From: Eledone cirrhosa
Taxonomy: Eukaryota
Assembly (NCBI GenBank): GCA_964016885.1
Contig: OZ024741.1
Location: 397,296,001 to 397,360,000, forward strand
Length of the DNA: 64,000 nt
Direction of reading: 5' to 3'
Within the stretch, counting starts at the first letter, position 1. Each line of letters starts with the position of its first letter. Below, one piece after another: positions 30,001 to 45,000 of this stretch. A program made the translations under genes and the position numbers. Below the pieces are notes generated by a model that ran no database searches, had not been told where the DNA came from, and saw nothing but the letters and a program-made list of their open reading frames with translations.

Positions 30001-33000
30001 CTCTCTCTTTCACTCACTACCTCCGTCTTTCTCACTCTCCCCATCTCTCTCTTTCTCTCACTACCTCCGTCTCTCTCACTCTCCCCATCTCTCTCTTTCA
30101 CTCACTACCTCCGTCTCTCTCACTCTCCCCATCTCTCTCTTTCACTCACTACCTCCGATCTCTCACTCTCCCCGTCTCTCTCTTTCACTCACTACCTCCG
30201 TCTCTCTCACTCTCCCCGTCTCTCTCTTTCACTCACTACCTCCGTCTCTCTCTCTCTCCCCGTCTCTCTCATTCACTCACTACCTCCGTCTATCTCCCTC
30301 TACCCATCTCTCTCTTTCACTCACTACCTCCGTCTGTCTCACTCACCCCTTCTCTCTCTTTCACTCACTTCCTCCGTCTCTCTCACTCTCCCTATCTCTC
30401 TCTTTCACTCACTACCTCCGTCTCTCTCATTCTCTCTACCTCTCTCTTTCACTCACTACCTCCGTCACTCTCACTCTCCCCATCTCTCTTTTCACTCACT
30501 ACCTCCGTCTCTCTCTCTCTCCCCATCTCTCTCTTTCACTCACTACCTCCGTCTCTCTCACTCTCCCCATCTCTCTCTTTCACTCACTACCTCCGTCTCT
30601 CTCACTCTCACCATCTCTCTCTTTAACTCACTACCTCCGTCTCTCTTACTCTCCCCATCTCTCTCTTTCACTCACTACCTCTGCCTCTCTTACTCTCCCT
30701 ATCTCTCTCTTTCACTCACTACCTCCGTCTCTCTCACTCTCCCCATCTCTCTCTTTCACTCACTACCTCCGTCTCTTTCACTCTCCCATTTCTCTCTTTC
30801 ACTCACTACCTCCGTCTCTCTCACTCTCCCCATCTCTCTTTTTCACTTACTACCTCCGTCTCTCTCACTCTCCCCATCTCTCTCTTTCACTCACTACCTC
30901 CGTCTTTCTCACTCTCCCCATCTCTCTCTTTCTCTCACTATCTCCGTCTCTCTCACTCTCCCCATCTCTCTCTTTCACTCACTGCCTCCGTCTCTCTCAC
31001 TCTCCCCATCTCTCTCTTTCACTCACTACCTCCGTCTCTCTCACTCTCCCCATCTCTCTCTTTCACTCACTACCTCCGTCTGTCTCACTCTCCCCATCTC
31101 TCTCTTTCACTCACTACCTCCGTTTCTCTCACTCTCCCCATATCTCTTTTCCCTCACTACCTCCGTCTGTCTCACTCACCCCTTCTCTCTCTTTGACTCA
31201 CTTCCTCCGTCTCTCTCACTCTCCCCATTTCTCTCTTTCACTCACTACCTCCGTCTCTCTCACTCTCCCCATCTCTCTCTTTCACTCACTACCTCCGTCT
31301 CTCTCACGCTCCCCATTTCTCTCTATCACTCACTACATCCGTTTCTCTCACTCTCCCCATCTCTCTCTTTCACTCACTAACTCTGTCTCTCTCACTCTCC
31401 CCATCTCTCTCATTCACTCACTACCTCCGTTTCTCTCACTCTCCCCATCTCTCTCTTTCACTCGCTACCTCCATCTCTCTCATTCTCCCATCTCTCTCTT
31501 TCACTCACTACCTCCGTCGCTCTCACCCTCCCTATCTTTCCCTTTCACTCACTACCTGCGTCTCTCTCACTCTCCCATTTCTCACTTTCACTCACTACCT
31601 CCGTCTCTCTCACTCTCCCCATCTCTCTCTTTCACTCACTACCACCGTCATTCTTACTCTCCCCATCTCTCTCTTTCTCTCACTACCTCTGCCTCTCCTA
31701 CTCTCCCTATCTCTCTCTTTCACTCACTACCTCCATCTCTGTCACTCACCCCATCTCTCCTTTCACTCACTACCTCCGTCTCTCTCACTCTCTCCATCTC
31801 ACTCTTTCACTCACTACCTCCGTCTCTCTCACTCTCCCCATCTCTCTCTTTCACTCACTACCTCCGTCTCTCTCACTCTCCCCATCTCTCTTTTTCACTC
31901 ACTACCTCCGTTTCTCTCACTCTCCCCATATCTCTTTTCCCTCACTACCTCCGTCTGTCTCACTCACCCCTTCTCTCTCTTTGACTCACTTCCTCCGTCT
32001 CTCTCACTCTCCCCATTTCTCTCTTTCACTCACTACCTCCGTCTCTCTCACTCTCCCCATCTCTCTCTTTCACTTACTACCTCCGTCTCTCTTATTCTCC
32101 CCATCTCTCTCTTTCACTCACTACCTCTGCCTCTCTTACTCTCCCTATCTCTCTCTTTCACTCACTACCTCCGTCTCTCTCACTCTCCGCATCTCTCTCT
32201 TTCACTTACTACCTCCGTCTCTTTCACTCTCCCATTTCTCTCTTTCACTCACTACCTCCGTCTCTCTCACTCTCCCCATCTCTCTTTTTCACTTACTACC
32301 TCCGTCTCTCTCACTCTCCCCATCTCTCTCTTTCACTCACTACCTCCGTCTTTCTCACTCTCCCCATCTCTCTCTTTCTCTCACTATCTCCTTCTCTCTC
32401 ACTCTCCCCATCTCTCTCTTTCACTCACTACCTCCGTCTCTCTCACTCTCCCCATCTCTCTCTTTCACTCACTACCTCCGTCTCTCTCACTCTCTCCATC
32501 TCTCTCTTTCACTCACTACCTCCGTCTCTCTCACTCTCCCGATCTCTCTCTTTCACTCACTACCTCCGTTTCTCTCACTCTCCCCATATCTCTTTTCCCT
32601 CACTACCTCCGTCTGTCTCACTCACCCCTTCTCTCTCTTTGACTCACTTCCTCCGTCTCTCTCACTCTCCCCATTTCTCTCTTTCACTCACTACCTCCGT
32701 CTCTCTCACTCTCCCCATCTCTCTTTTTCACTTACTACCTCCGTCTCTCTCACTCTCCCCATCTCTCTCTTTCACTCTCTACCTCCGTCTTTCTCACTCT
32801 CCCCATCTCTCTCTTTCTCTCACTATCTCCGTCTCTCTCACTCTCCCCATCTCTCTCTTTCACTCACTACCTCCGTCTCTCTCACTCTCCCCATCTCTCT
32901 CTTTCACTCACTACCTCCGTCATCCTCACTCTCCCCATCTCTCTCTTTCACTCACTACCTCCGTCTCTCTCACTCTCCCCATTTCTCTCTTTCACTCACT

Positions 33001-36000
33001 AACTCCGTCTCTCTCACTCTCACCATCTCTCTCTTTCACTCACTACCTCCGTCTCTCTCACGCTCCCCATTTCTCTCTATCACTCACTACATCCGTCTCT
33101 CTCACTCTCCCCATCTCTCTCTTTCACTCAATAACTGTGTCTCTCTCACTCTCCCCATCTCTCTCTTTCACTCACTACCTCCGTTTCTCTCACTCTCCCC
33201 ATATCTCTTTTCCCTCACTACCTCCGTCTGTCTCACTCACCCCTTCTCTCTCTTTGACTCACTTCCTCCGTCTCTCTCACTCTCCCCATTTCTCTCTTTC
33301 ACTCACTACCTCCGTCTCTCTCACTCTCCCCATCTCTCTCTTTCACTCACTACCTCCGTCTCTCTCACGCTCCCCATTTCTCTTTATCACTCACTACATC
33401 CGTCTCTCTCACTCTCCCCATCTCTCTCTTTCACTCACTAACTCTGTCTCTCTCACTCTCCCCATCTCTCTCTTTCACTCACTACCTCCGTTTCTCTCAC
33501 TCTCCCCATCTCTCTCTTTCACTCGCTACCTCCATCTCTCTCATTCTCCCATCTCTCTCTTTCACTCACTACCTCCGTCGCTCTCACCCTCCCTATCTTT
33601 CTCTTTCACTCACTACCTGCGTCTCTCTCACTCTCCCATTTCTCACTTTCACTCACTACCTCCGTCTGTCTCACTCACCCCTTCTCTCTCTTTCACTCAC
33701 TTCCTCCGTCTCTCTCACTCTCCCTACCTCTCTCTTTCACTCACCAACTCCGTCCCTCTCACTCTCCCCATCTCTCTTTTCACTCACTACCTCCGTCTCT
33801 CTCACTCTCCCCATCTCTCTCTTTCACTCACTACCTCCGTCTCTCTCACTCTCCCCATCTCTCTCTTTCACTCACTACCTCCGTCTCTCTCACTCTCGCC
33901 ATCTCTCTCTTTCACTCACTACCTCCGTCTCTCTCACTCTCCCCGTCTCTCTCTTTCACTCACTACCTCCGTCTCTCTCTCTCTCTTTCACTCACTACCT
34001 CCGTCTCTCTCTCTCTCCCCGTCTCTCTCTTTCACTCACCACCTCCGTCTATCTCCCTCTACCCATCTCTCTCTTTCACTCACAACCTCCGTCTGTCTCA
34101 CTCACCCCTTCTCTCTCTTTCACTCACTTCCTCCGTCTCTCTCACTCTCCCTACCTCTCTCTTTCACTCACTACCTCCGTCCCTCTCACTCTCCCCATCT
34201 CTCTTTTCACTCACTACCTCCGTCTCTCTCACTCTCCCCATCTCTCTCTTTCACTCACTACCTCCGTCTCTCTCACTCTCGCCATCTCTCTCTTTCACTC
34301 ACTACCTCCGTCTCTCTTACTCTCCCCATCTCTCTCTTTCACTCACTACCTCTGCCTCTCTTACTCTCCCTATCTCTCTCTTTCACTCACTACCTCCGTC
34401 TCTCTCACTCTCCCCATCTCTCTCTTTGACTCACTTCCTCCGTATCTCTCACTCTCCCCATTTCTCTCTTTCACTCACTACCTCCGTCTCTCTCACTCTC
34501 CCCATCTCTCTCTTTCTCTCACTATCTCCGTCTCTCTCACTCTCCCCATCTCTCTCTTTCACTCACTACCTCCGTCTCTCTCACTCGCCCCATCTCTCTC
34601 TTTCACTCACTACCTCCGTCTCTCTCACTCTCCCCATCTCTCTCTTTCACTCACTACCTCCGTCTCTCTCACTCTCCCCATCTCTCTCTTTCACTCACTA
34701 ACTCCGTCTCTCTCACTCTCCCCATCTCTCTCTTTCACTCACTACCTCCGTTTATCTCACTCTCCCCATATCTCTTTTCCCTCACTACCTCCGTCTGTCT
34801 CACTCACCCCTTCTCTCTCTTTGACTCACTTCCTCCGTCTCTCTCACTCTCCCCATTTCTCTCTTTCACTCACTACCTCCGTCTCTCTCACTCTCCCCAT
34901 CTCTCTGTTTCACTCACTACCTCCGTCTCTCTCACGCTCCCCATTTCTCTTTATCACTCACTACATCCGTCTCTCTCACTCTCCCCATCTCTCTCTTTCA
35001 CTCACTAACTCTGTCTCTCTCACTCTCCCCATCTCTCTCTTTGACTCACTTCCTCCGCCTCTCTCACGCTACCATTTCTCACTTTCACTCACTACCTCCG
35101 TCTCTCTCACTCTCCCCATCTCTCCCTTTCACTCACTACCACCGTCATTCTTACTCTCCCCATCTCTCTCATTCACTCACTACCTCTGCCTCTCTCACTC
35201 TCCCCATCTCTCTTTTTCACTTACTACCTCCGTCTCTCTCACTCTCCCCATCTCTCTCTTTCACTCTCTACCTCCGTCTTTCTCACTCTCCCCATCTCTC
35301 TCTTTCTCTCACTATCTCCGTCTCTCTCACTCTCCCCATCTCTCTCTTTCACTCACTACCTCCGTCTCTCTCACTCTCCCCATCTCTCTCTTTCACTCAC
35401 TACCTCCGTCTCTCTCACTCTCCCCATCTCTCTCTTTCACTCACTACCTCCGTCTCTCTCACTCTCCCCATCTCTCTCTTTCACTCACTACCTCCGTCTC
35501 TCTCGCTCTCCCCTTCTCTCTCTTTCACTCACTACCTCCGTTTCTCTCACTCTCCCCATATCTCTTTTCCCTCACTACCTCCGTCTGTCTCACTCACCCC
35601 TTCTCTCTCTTTGACTCACTTCCTCCGTCTCTCTCACTCTCCCCATTTCTCTCTTTCACTCACTACCTCCGTCTCTCTCACTCTCACCATCTCTCTCTTT
35701 CACTCACTACCTCCGTCTCTCTCACGCTCCCCATTTCTCTCTATCACTCACTACACCCGTCTCTCTCACTCTCTCCATCTCTCTCTTTCACTCAATAACT
35801 GTGTCTCTCTCACTCTCCCCATCTCTCTCTTTCACTCACTACCTCCGTTTCTCTCACTCTCCCCATCTCTCTCTTTCACTCGCTACCTCCATCTCTCTCA
35901 TTCTCCCATCTCTCTCTTTCACTCACTACCTCCGTCGCTCTCACCCTCCCTATCTTTCTCTTTCACTCACTACCTGCGTCTCTCTCACTCTCCCATTTCT

Positions 36001-39000
36001 CACTTTCACTCACTACCTCCGTCTCTCTCACTCTCCCCATCTCTCTCTTTCACTCGCTACCACCGTCATTCTTACTCTCCCCATCTCTCTCTTTCTCACA
36101 CTACCTCTGCCTCTCTTACTCTCCCTATCTCTCTCTTTCACTCACTACCTCCATCTCTCTCACTCTCCCCATCTCTCCTTTCACTCACTACCTCCGTCTT
36201 TCTCACTCTCCCCATCTCTCTCTTTCTCTCACTACCTCCGTCTCTCTCACTCTCCCCATCTCTCTCTTTCACTCACTACCTCCGTCTCTCTCACTCTCCC
36301 CATCTCTCTCTTTCACTCACTACCTCCGATCTCTCACTCTCCCCGTCTCTCTCTTTCACTCACTACCTCCGTCTCTCTCACTCTCCCCGTCTCTCTCTTT
36401 CACTCACTACCTCCGTCTCTATCTCTCTCCCCGTCTCTCTCTTTCACTCACTACCTCCGTCTATCTCCCTCTACCCATCTCTCTCTTTCACTCACTACCT
36501 CCGTCTGTCTCACTCACCCCTTCTCTCTCTTTCACTCACTTCCTCCGTCTCTCTCACTCTCCCTACCTCTCTCTTTCACTCACCAACTCCGTCCCTCTCA
36601 CTCTCCCCATCTCTCTTTTCACTCACTACCTCCGTCTCTCTCACTCTCCCCATCTCTCTCTTTCACTCACTACCTCCGTCTCTCTCACTCTCCCCATCTC
36701 TCTCTTTCACTCACTACCTCCGTCTCTCTCACTCTCGCCATCTCTCTCTTTCACTCACTACCTCCGTCTCTCTTACTCTCCCCATCTCTCTCTTTCACTC
36801 ACTACCTCTGCCTCTCTTACTCTCCCTATCTCTCTCTTTCACTCACTACCTCCGTCTCTCTCACTCTCCCCATCTCTCTCTTTGACTCACTTCCTCCGCC
36901 TCTCTCACTCTCCCCATTTCTCTCTTTCACTCACTACCTCCGTCTCTCTCACTCTCCCCATCTCTCTCTTTCTCTCACTATCTCCGTCTCTCTCACTCTC
37001 CCCATCTCTCTCTTTCACTCACTACCTCCGTCTCTCTCACTCGCCCCATCTCTCTCTTTCACTCACTACCTCCGTCTCTCTCACTCTCCCCATCTCTCTC
37101 TTTCACTCACTACCTCCGTCTCTCTCACTCTCCCCATCTCTCTCTTTCACTCACTAACTCCGTCTCTCTCACTCTCCCCATCTCTCTCTTTCACTCACTA
37201 CCTCCGTTTCTCTCACTCTCCCCATATCTCTTTTCCCTCACTACCTCCGTCTGTCTCACTCACCCCTTCTCTCTCTTTGACTCACTTCCTCCGTCTCTCT
37301 CACTCTCCCCATTTCTCTCTTTCACTCACTACCTCCGTCTCTCTCACTCTCCCTATCTCTCTCTTTCACTCACTACCTCCGTCTCTCTCACGCTCCCCAT
37401 TTCTCTTTATCACTCACTACATCCGTCTCTCTCACTCTCCCCATCTCTCTCTTTCACTCACTAACTCTGTCTCTCTCACTCTCCCCATCTCTCTCTTTCA
37501 CTCACTACCTCCGTTTCTCTCACTCACTACCTCCGTCTCTCTCACTCTCCCCATCTCTCTCTTTCACTCACTAACTCTGTCTCTCTCACTCTCCCCATCT
37601 CTCTCTTTGACTCACTTCCTCCGCCTCTCTCACTCTCCCATTTCTCACTTTCACTCACTACCTCCGTCTCTCTCACTCTCCCCATCTCTCTCTTTCACTC
37701 ACTACCACCGTCATTCTTACTCTCCCCATCTCTCTCATTCACTCACTACCTCTGCCTCTCTCACTCTCCCCATCTCTCTTTTTCACTTACTACCTCCGTC
37801 TCTCTCACTCTCCCCATCTCTCTCTTTCACTCTATACCTCCGTCTTTCTCACTCTCCCCATCTCTCTCTTTCTCTCACTATCTCCGTCTCTCTCACTCTC
37901 CCCATCTCTCTCTTTCACTCACTACCTCCGTCTCTCTCACTCTCCCCATCTCTCTCTTTCACTCACTACCTCCGTCTCTCTCACTCTCCCCATCTCTCTC
38001 TTTCACTCACTACCTCCGTCTCTCTCACTCTCCCCATCTCTCTCTTTCACTCACTACCTCCGTCTCTCTCGCTCTCCCCATCTCTCTCTTTCACTCACTA
38101 CCTCCGTTTCTCTCACTCTCCCCATATCTCTTTTCCCTCACTACCTCCGTCTGTCTCACTCACCCCTTCTCTCTCTTTGACTCACTTCCTCCGTCTCTCT
38201 CACTCTCCCCATTTCTCTCTTTCACTCACTACCTCCGTCTCTCTCACTCTCACCATCTCTCTCTTTCACTCACTACCTCCGTCTCTCTCACGCTCCCCAT
38301 TTCTCTCTATCACTCACTACACCCGTCTCTCTCACTCTCCCCATCTCTCTCTTTCACTCAATAACTGTGTCTCTCTCACTCTCCCCATCTCTCTCTTTCA
38401 CTCACTACCTCCGTTTCTCTCACTCTCCCCATCTCTCTCTTTCACTCGCTACCTCCATCTCTCTCATTCTCCCATCTCTCTCTTTCACTCACTACCTCCG
38501 TCGCTCTCACCCTCCCTATCTTTCTCTTTCACTCACTACCTGCGTCTCTCTCACTCTCCCATTTCTCACTTTCACTCACTACCTCCGTCTCTCTCACTCT
38601 CCCCATCTCTCTCTTTCACTCACTACCACCGTCATTCTTACTCTCCCCATCTCTCTCTTTCTCACACTACCTCTGCCTCTCTTACTCTCCCTATCTCTCT
38701 CTTTCACTCACTACCTCCATCTCTCTCACTCTCCCCATCTCTCCTTTCACTCACTACCTCCGTCTTTCTCACTCTCCCCATCTCTCTCTTTCTCTCACTA
38801 CCTCCGTCTCTCTCACTCTCCCCATCTCTCTCTTTCACTCACTACCTCCGTCTCTCTCACTCTCCCCATCTCTCTCTTTCACTCACTACCTCCGATCTCT
38901 CACTCTCCCCGTCTCTCTCTTTCACTCACTACCTCCGTCTCTCTCACTCTCCCCGTCTCTCTCTTTCACTCACTACCTCCGTCTCTATCTCTCTCCCCGT

Positions 39001-42000
39001 CTCTCTCTTTCACTCACTACCTCCGTCTATCTCCCTCTACCCATCTCTCTCTTTCACTCACTACCTCCGTCTGTCTCACTCACCCCTTCTCTCTCTTTCA
39101 CTCACTTCCTCCGTCTCTCTCACTCTCCCTACCTCTCTCTTTCACTCACCAACTCCGTCCCTCTCACTCTCCCCATCTCTCTTATCACTCACTACCTCCG
39201 TCTCTCTCACTCTCCCCATCTCTCTCTTTCACTCACTACCTCCGTCTCTCTCACTCTCCCCATCTCTCTCTTTCACTCACTACCTCCGTCTCTCTCACTC
39301 TCGCCATCTCTCTCTTTCACTCACTACCTCCGTCTCTCTTACTCTCCCCATCTCTCTCTTTCACTCACTACCTCTGCCTCTCTTACTCTCCCTATCTCTC
39401 TCTTTCACTCACTACCTCCGTCTCTCTCACTCTCCCCATCTCTCTCTTTGACTCACTTCCTCCGCCTCTCTCACTCTCCCCATTTCTCTCTTTCACTCAC
39501 TACCTCCGTCTCTCTCACTCTCCCCATCTCTCTCTTTCTCTCACTATCTCCGTCTCTCTCACTCTCCCCATCTCTCTCTTTCACTCACTACCTCCGTCTC
39601 TCTCACTCGCCCCATCTCTCTCTTTCACTCACTACCTCCGTCTCTCTCACTCTCCCCATCTCTCTCTTTCACTCACTACCTCCGTCTCTCTCACTCTCCC
39701 CATCTCTCTCTTTCACTCACTAACTCCGTCTCTCTCACTCTCCCCATCTCTCTCTTTCACTCACTACCTCCGTTTCTCTCACTCTCCCCATATCTCTTTT
39801 CCCTCACTACCTCCGTCTGTCTCACTCACCCCTTCTCTCTCTTTGACTCACTTCCTCCGTCTCTCTCACTCTCCCCATTTCTCTCTTTCACTCACTACCT
39901 CCGTCTCTCTCACTCTCCCTATCTCTCTCTTTCACTCACTACCTCCGTCTCTCTCACGCTCCCCATTTCTCTTTATCACTCACTACATCCGTCTCTCTCA
40001 CTCTCCCCATCTCTCTCTTTCACTCACTAACTCTGTCTCTCTCACTCTCCCCATCTCTCTCTTTCACTCACTACCTCCGTTTCTCTCACTCTCCCCATCT
40101 CTCTCTTTCACTCGCTACCTCCAACTCTCTCTTTCACTCACTACCTCCGTCGCTCTCACCCTCCCTATCTTTCTCTTTCACTCACTACCTGCGTCTCTCT
40201 CACTCTCCCATTTCTCACTTTCACTCACTACCTCCGTCTCTCTCACTCTCCCCATCTCTCTCTTTCACTCACTACCACCGTCATTCTTACTCTCCCCATC
40301 TCTCTCATTCACTCACTACCTCTGCCTCTCTTACTCTCCCTATCTCTCTCTTTCACTCACTACCTCCGTCTCTCTCACTCTCCCCATCTCTCTCTTTCAC
40401 TCACTACCTCCGTCTCTTTCACTCTCCCATTTCTCCCTTTCACTCACTACCTCCGTCTCTCTCACTCCCCCCATCTCTCTTTTTCACTTACTACCTCCGT
40501 CTCTCTCACTCTCCCTATCTCTCTCTTTCTCTCACTATCTCCGTCTCTCTCACACTCCCCATCTCTCTCTTTCACTCACTACCTCCGTCTCTCTCACTCT
40601 CCCCATCTCTCTCTTTCACTCACTACCTTCGTCTCTCTCACTCTCCCCATCTCTCTCTTTCACTCAATACCTCCGTCTCTCTCACTCTCCCCATCTCTCT
40701 CTTTCACTCACTACCTCCGTTTCTCTCACTCTCCCCATATCTCTTTTCCCTCACTACCTCCGTCTGTCTCACTCACCCCTTCTCTCTCTTTGACTCACTT
40801 CCTCCGTCTCTCTCACTCTCCCCATTTCTCTCTTTCACTCACTACCTCCGTCTCTCTCACTCTCCCCATCTCTCTTTTTCACTTACTACCTCCGTCTCTC
40901 TCACTCTCCCCATCTCTCTCTTTCACTCTCTACCTCCGTCTTTCTCACTCTCCCCATCTCTCTCTTTCTCTCACTATCTCCGTCTCTCTCACTCTCCCCA
41001 TCTCTCTCTTTCACTCACTACCTCCGTCTCTCTTACTCTCCCCATCTCTCTCTTTCACTCACTACCTCCGTCCCTCTCACTCTCCCCATCTCTCTCTTTC
41101 ACTCACTACCTCCGTCTCTCTCACTCTCCCCATCTCTCTCTTTCACTCACTACCTCCGTCTCTCTCGCTCTCCCCATCTCTCTCTTTCACTCACTACCTC
41201 CGTTTCTCTCACTCTCCCCATATCTCTTTTCCCTCACTACCTCCGTCTGTCTCACTCACCCCTTCTCTCTCTTTGACTCACTTCCTCCGTCTCTCTCACT
41301 CTCCCAATTTCTCTCTTTCACTCACTACCTCCGTCTCTCTCAATCTCACCATCTCTCTCTTTCACTCACTACCCCCGTCTCTCTCACGCTCCCCATTTCT
41401 CTCTATCACTCACTACATCCGTCTTTCTCACTCTCCCCATCTCTCTCTTTCACTCAATAACTCTGTCTCTCTCACTCTCCCCATCTCTCTCTTTCACTCA
41501 CTACCTCCGTTTCTCTCACTCTCCCCATCTCTCTCTTTCACTCGCTACCTCCATCTCTCTCATTCTCCCATCTCTCTCTTTCACTCACTACCACGGTCGC
41601 TCTCACCCTCCCTATCTTTCTCTTTCACTCACTACCTGCGTCTCTCTCACTCTCCCATTTCTCACTTTCACTCACTACCTCCGTCTCTCTCACTCTCCCC
41701 ATCTCTCTCTTTCAATCACTACCACCGTCATTCTTACTCTCCCCATCTCTCTCTTTCTCTCACTACCTCTGCCTCTCTTACTCTCCCTATCTCTCTCTTT
41801 CACTCACTACCTCCATCTCTCTCACTCTCCCCATCTCTCCTTTCACTCACTACCTCCGTCTTTCTCACTCTCCCCATCTCTCTCTTTCTCTCACTACCTC
41901 CGTCTCTCTCACTCTCCCCATCTCTCTCTTTCACTCACTACCTCCGATCTCTCACTCTCCCCGTCTCTCTCTTTCACTCACTACCTCCGTCTCTCTCACT

Positions 42001-45000
42001 CTCCCCGTCTCTCTCTTTCACTCACTACCTCCGTCTCTCTCTCTCTCCCCGTCTCTCTTTTTCACTCACTACCTCCGTTTATCTCCCTCTACCCATCTCT
42101 CTCTTTCACTCACTACCTCCGTCTGTCTCACTCACCCCTTCTCTCTCTTTCACTCACTTCCTCCGTCTCTCTCACTCTCCCTATCTCTCTCTTTCACTCA
42201 CTACCTCCGTCTCTCTCACGCTCCCTACCTCTCTCTTTCACTCACTACCTCCGTCCCTCTCACTCTCCCCATCTCTCTTTTCACTCACTACCTCCGTCTC
42301 TCTCACTCTCCCCATCTCTCACTTTCAATCACTACCTCCGTCTCTCTCACTCTCCCCATCTCTCTCTTTCACTCACTACCTCCGTCTCTCTCACTATCCC
42401 CATCTCTCTCTTTCACTCACTACCTCCGTCTCTCTTACTCTCCCCATCTCTCTCTTTCACTCACTACCTCTGCCTCTCTTACTCTCCCTATCTCTCTCTT
42501 TCACTCACTACCTCCGTCTCTCTCACTCTCCCCATCTCTCTCTTTGACTCACTTCCTCCGTCTCTCTCACTCACCCCTTCTCTCTCTTTGACTCACTTCC
42601 TCCGTCTCTCTCACTCTCCCCTTTTCTCTCTTTCACTCACTACCTCCGTCTCTCTCACTCTCCCCATCTCTCTCTTTCACTCACTACCTCCGTCTCTCTC
42701 ACGCTCCCCATTTCTCTCTATCACTCACTACATCCGTCTCTCTCACTCTCCCCATCTCTCTCTTTCACTCACTAACTCTGTCTCTCTCACTCTCCCCATC
42801 TCTCTCTTTCACTCACTACCTCCGTTTCTCTCACTCTCCCCATCTCTCTCTTTCACTCGCTACCTCCATCTCTCTCATTCTCCCATCTCTCTCTTTCACT
42901 CACTACCTCCGTCGCTCTCACCCTCCCTATCTTTCTCTTTCACTCACTACCTGCGTCTCTCTCACTCTCCCATTTCTCACTTTCACTCACTACCTCCGTC
43001 TCTCTCACTCTCCCCATCTCTCTCTTTCACTCACTACCACCGTCATTCTTACTCTCCCCATCTCTCTCTTTCTCTCACTACCTCTGCCTCTCTTACTCTC
43101 CCTATCTCTCTCTATCACTCACTACATCCGTCTCTCTCACTCTCCCCATCTCTCTCTTTCACTCAATAACTCTGTCTCTCTCACTCTCCCCATCTCTCTC
43201 TTTCACTCACTACCTCCGTTTCTCTCACTCTCCCCATCTCTCTCTTTCACTCGCTACCTCCATCTCTCTCATTCTCCCATCTCTCTCTTTCACTCACTAC
43301 CTCCGTCGCTCTCACCCTCCCTATCTTTCTCTTTCACTCACTACCTGCGTCTCTCTCACTCTCCCATTTCTCACTTTCACTCACTACCTCCGTCTCTCTC
43401 ACTCTCCCCATCTCTCTCTTTCACTCACTACCACCGTCATTCTTACTCTCCCCATCTCTCTCTTTCTCTCACTACCTCTGCCTCTCTTACTCTCCCTATC
43501 TCTCTCTTTCACTCACTACCTCCATCTCTCTCACTCTCCCCATCTCTCCTTTCACTCACTACCTCCGTCTCTCTCACTCTCCCCATCTCTCTCTTTCACT
43601 CACTACCTCCGATCTCTCACTCTCCCCGTCTCTCTCTTTCACTCACTACCTCCGTCTCTCTCACTCTCCCCGTCTCTCTCTTTCACTCACTACCTCCGTC
43701 TCTCTCTCTCTCCCCGTCTCTCTTTTTCACTCACTACCTCCGTTTATCTCCCTCTACCCATCTCTCTCTTTCACTCACTACCTCCGTCTGTCTCACTCAC
43801 CCCTTCTCTCTCTTTCACTCACTTCCTCCGTCTCTCTCACTCTCCCTATCTCTCTCTTTCACTCACTACCTCCGTCTCTCTCACGCTCCCTACCTCTCTC
43901 TTTCACTCACTACCTCCGTCCCTCTCACTCTCCCCATCTCTCTTTTCACTCACTACCTCCGTCTCTCTGACTCTCCCCATCTCTCACTTTCAATCACTAC
44001 CTCCGTCTCTCTCACTCTCCCCATCTCTCTCTTTCACTCACTACCTCTGCCTCTCTTACTCTCCCTATCTCTCTCTTTCACTCACTAACTCCGTCTCTCT
44101 CACTCTCCCCATCTCTCTCTTTGACTCACTTCCTCCGTCTCTCTCACTCACCCCTTCTCTCTCTTTGACTCACTTCCTCCGTCTCTCTCACTCTCCCCAT
44201 TTCTCTCTTTCACTCACTACCTCCGTCTCTCTCACTCTCCCCATCTCTCTCTTTCACTCACTACCTCCGTCTCTCTCACGCTCCCCATTTCTCTCTATCA
44301 CTCACTACATCCGTCTCTCTCACTCTCCCCATCTCTCTCTTTCACTCACTAACTCTGTCTCTCTCACTCTCCCCATCTCTCTCTTTCACTCACTACCTCC
44401 GTTTCTCTCACTCTCCCCATCTCTCTCTTTCACTCGCTACCTCCATCTCTCTCATTCTCCCATCTCTCTCTTTCACTCACTACATCCGTCGCTCTCACCC
44501 TCCCTATCTTTCTCTTTCACTCACTACCTGCGTCTCTCTCACTCTCCCATTTCTCACTTTCACTCACTACCTCCGTCTCTCTCACTCTCCCCATCTCTCT
44601 CTTTCACTCACTACCACCGTCATTCTTACTCTCCCCATCTCTCTCTTTCTCTCACTACCTCTGCCTCTCTTACTCTCCCTATCTCTCTCTTTCACTCACT
44701 ACCTCCATCTCTCTCACTCTCCCCATCTCTCCTTTCACTCACTACCTCCATCTCTCTCACTCTCTCCATCTCTCTCTTTCACTCACTACCTCCGTCTCTC
44801 TCACTCTCCCCATCTCTCTCTTTCACTCACTACCTCCGTCTCTCTCACTCTCCCCATCTCTCTTTTTCACTCACTACCTCCGTTTCTCTCACTCTCCCCA
44901 TCTCTCTTTTCACTCACTACCTCCGTCTCTCTCACTCTTCCCATCTCTCTCTTTCACTCACTACCTCCGTATCTCTCACTCTCCCCATCTCTCACTTTCA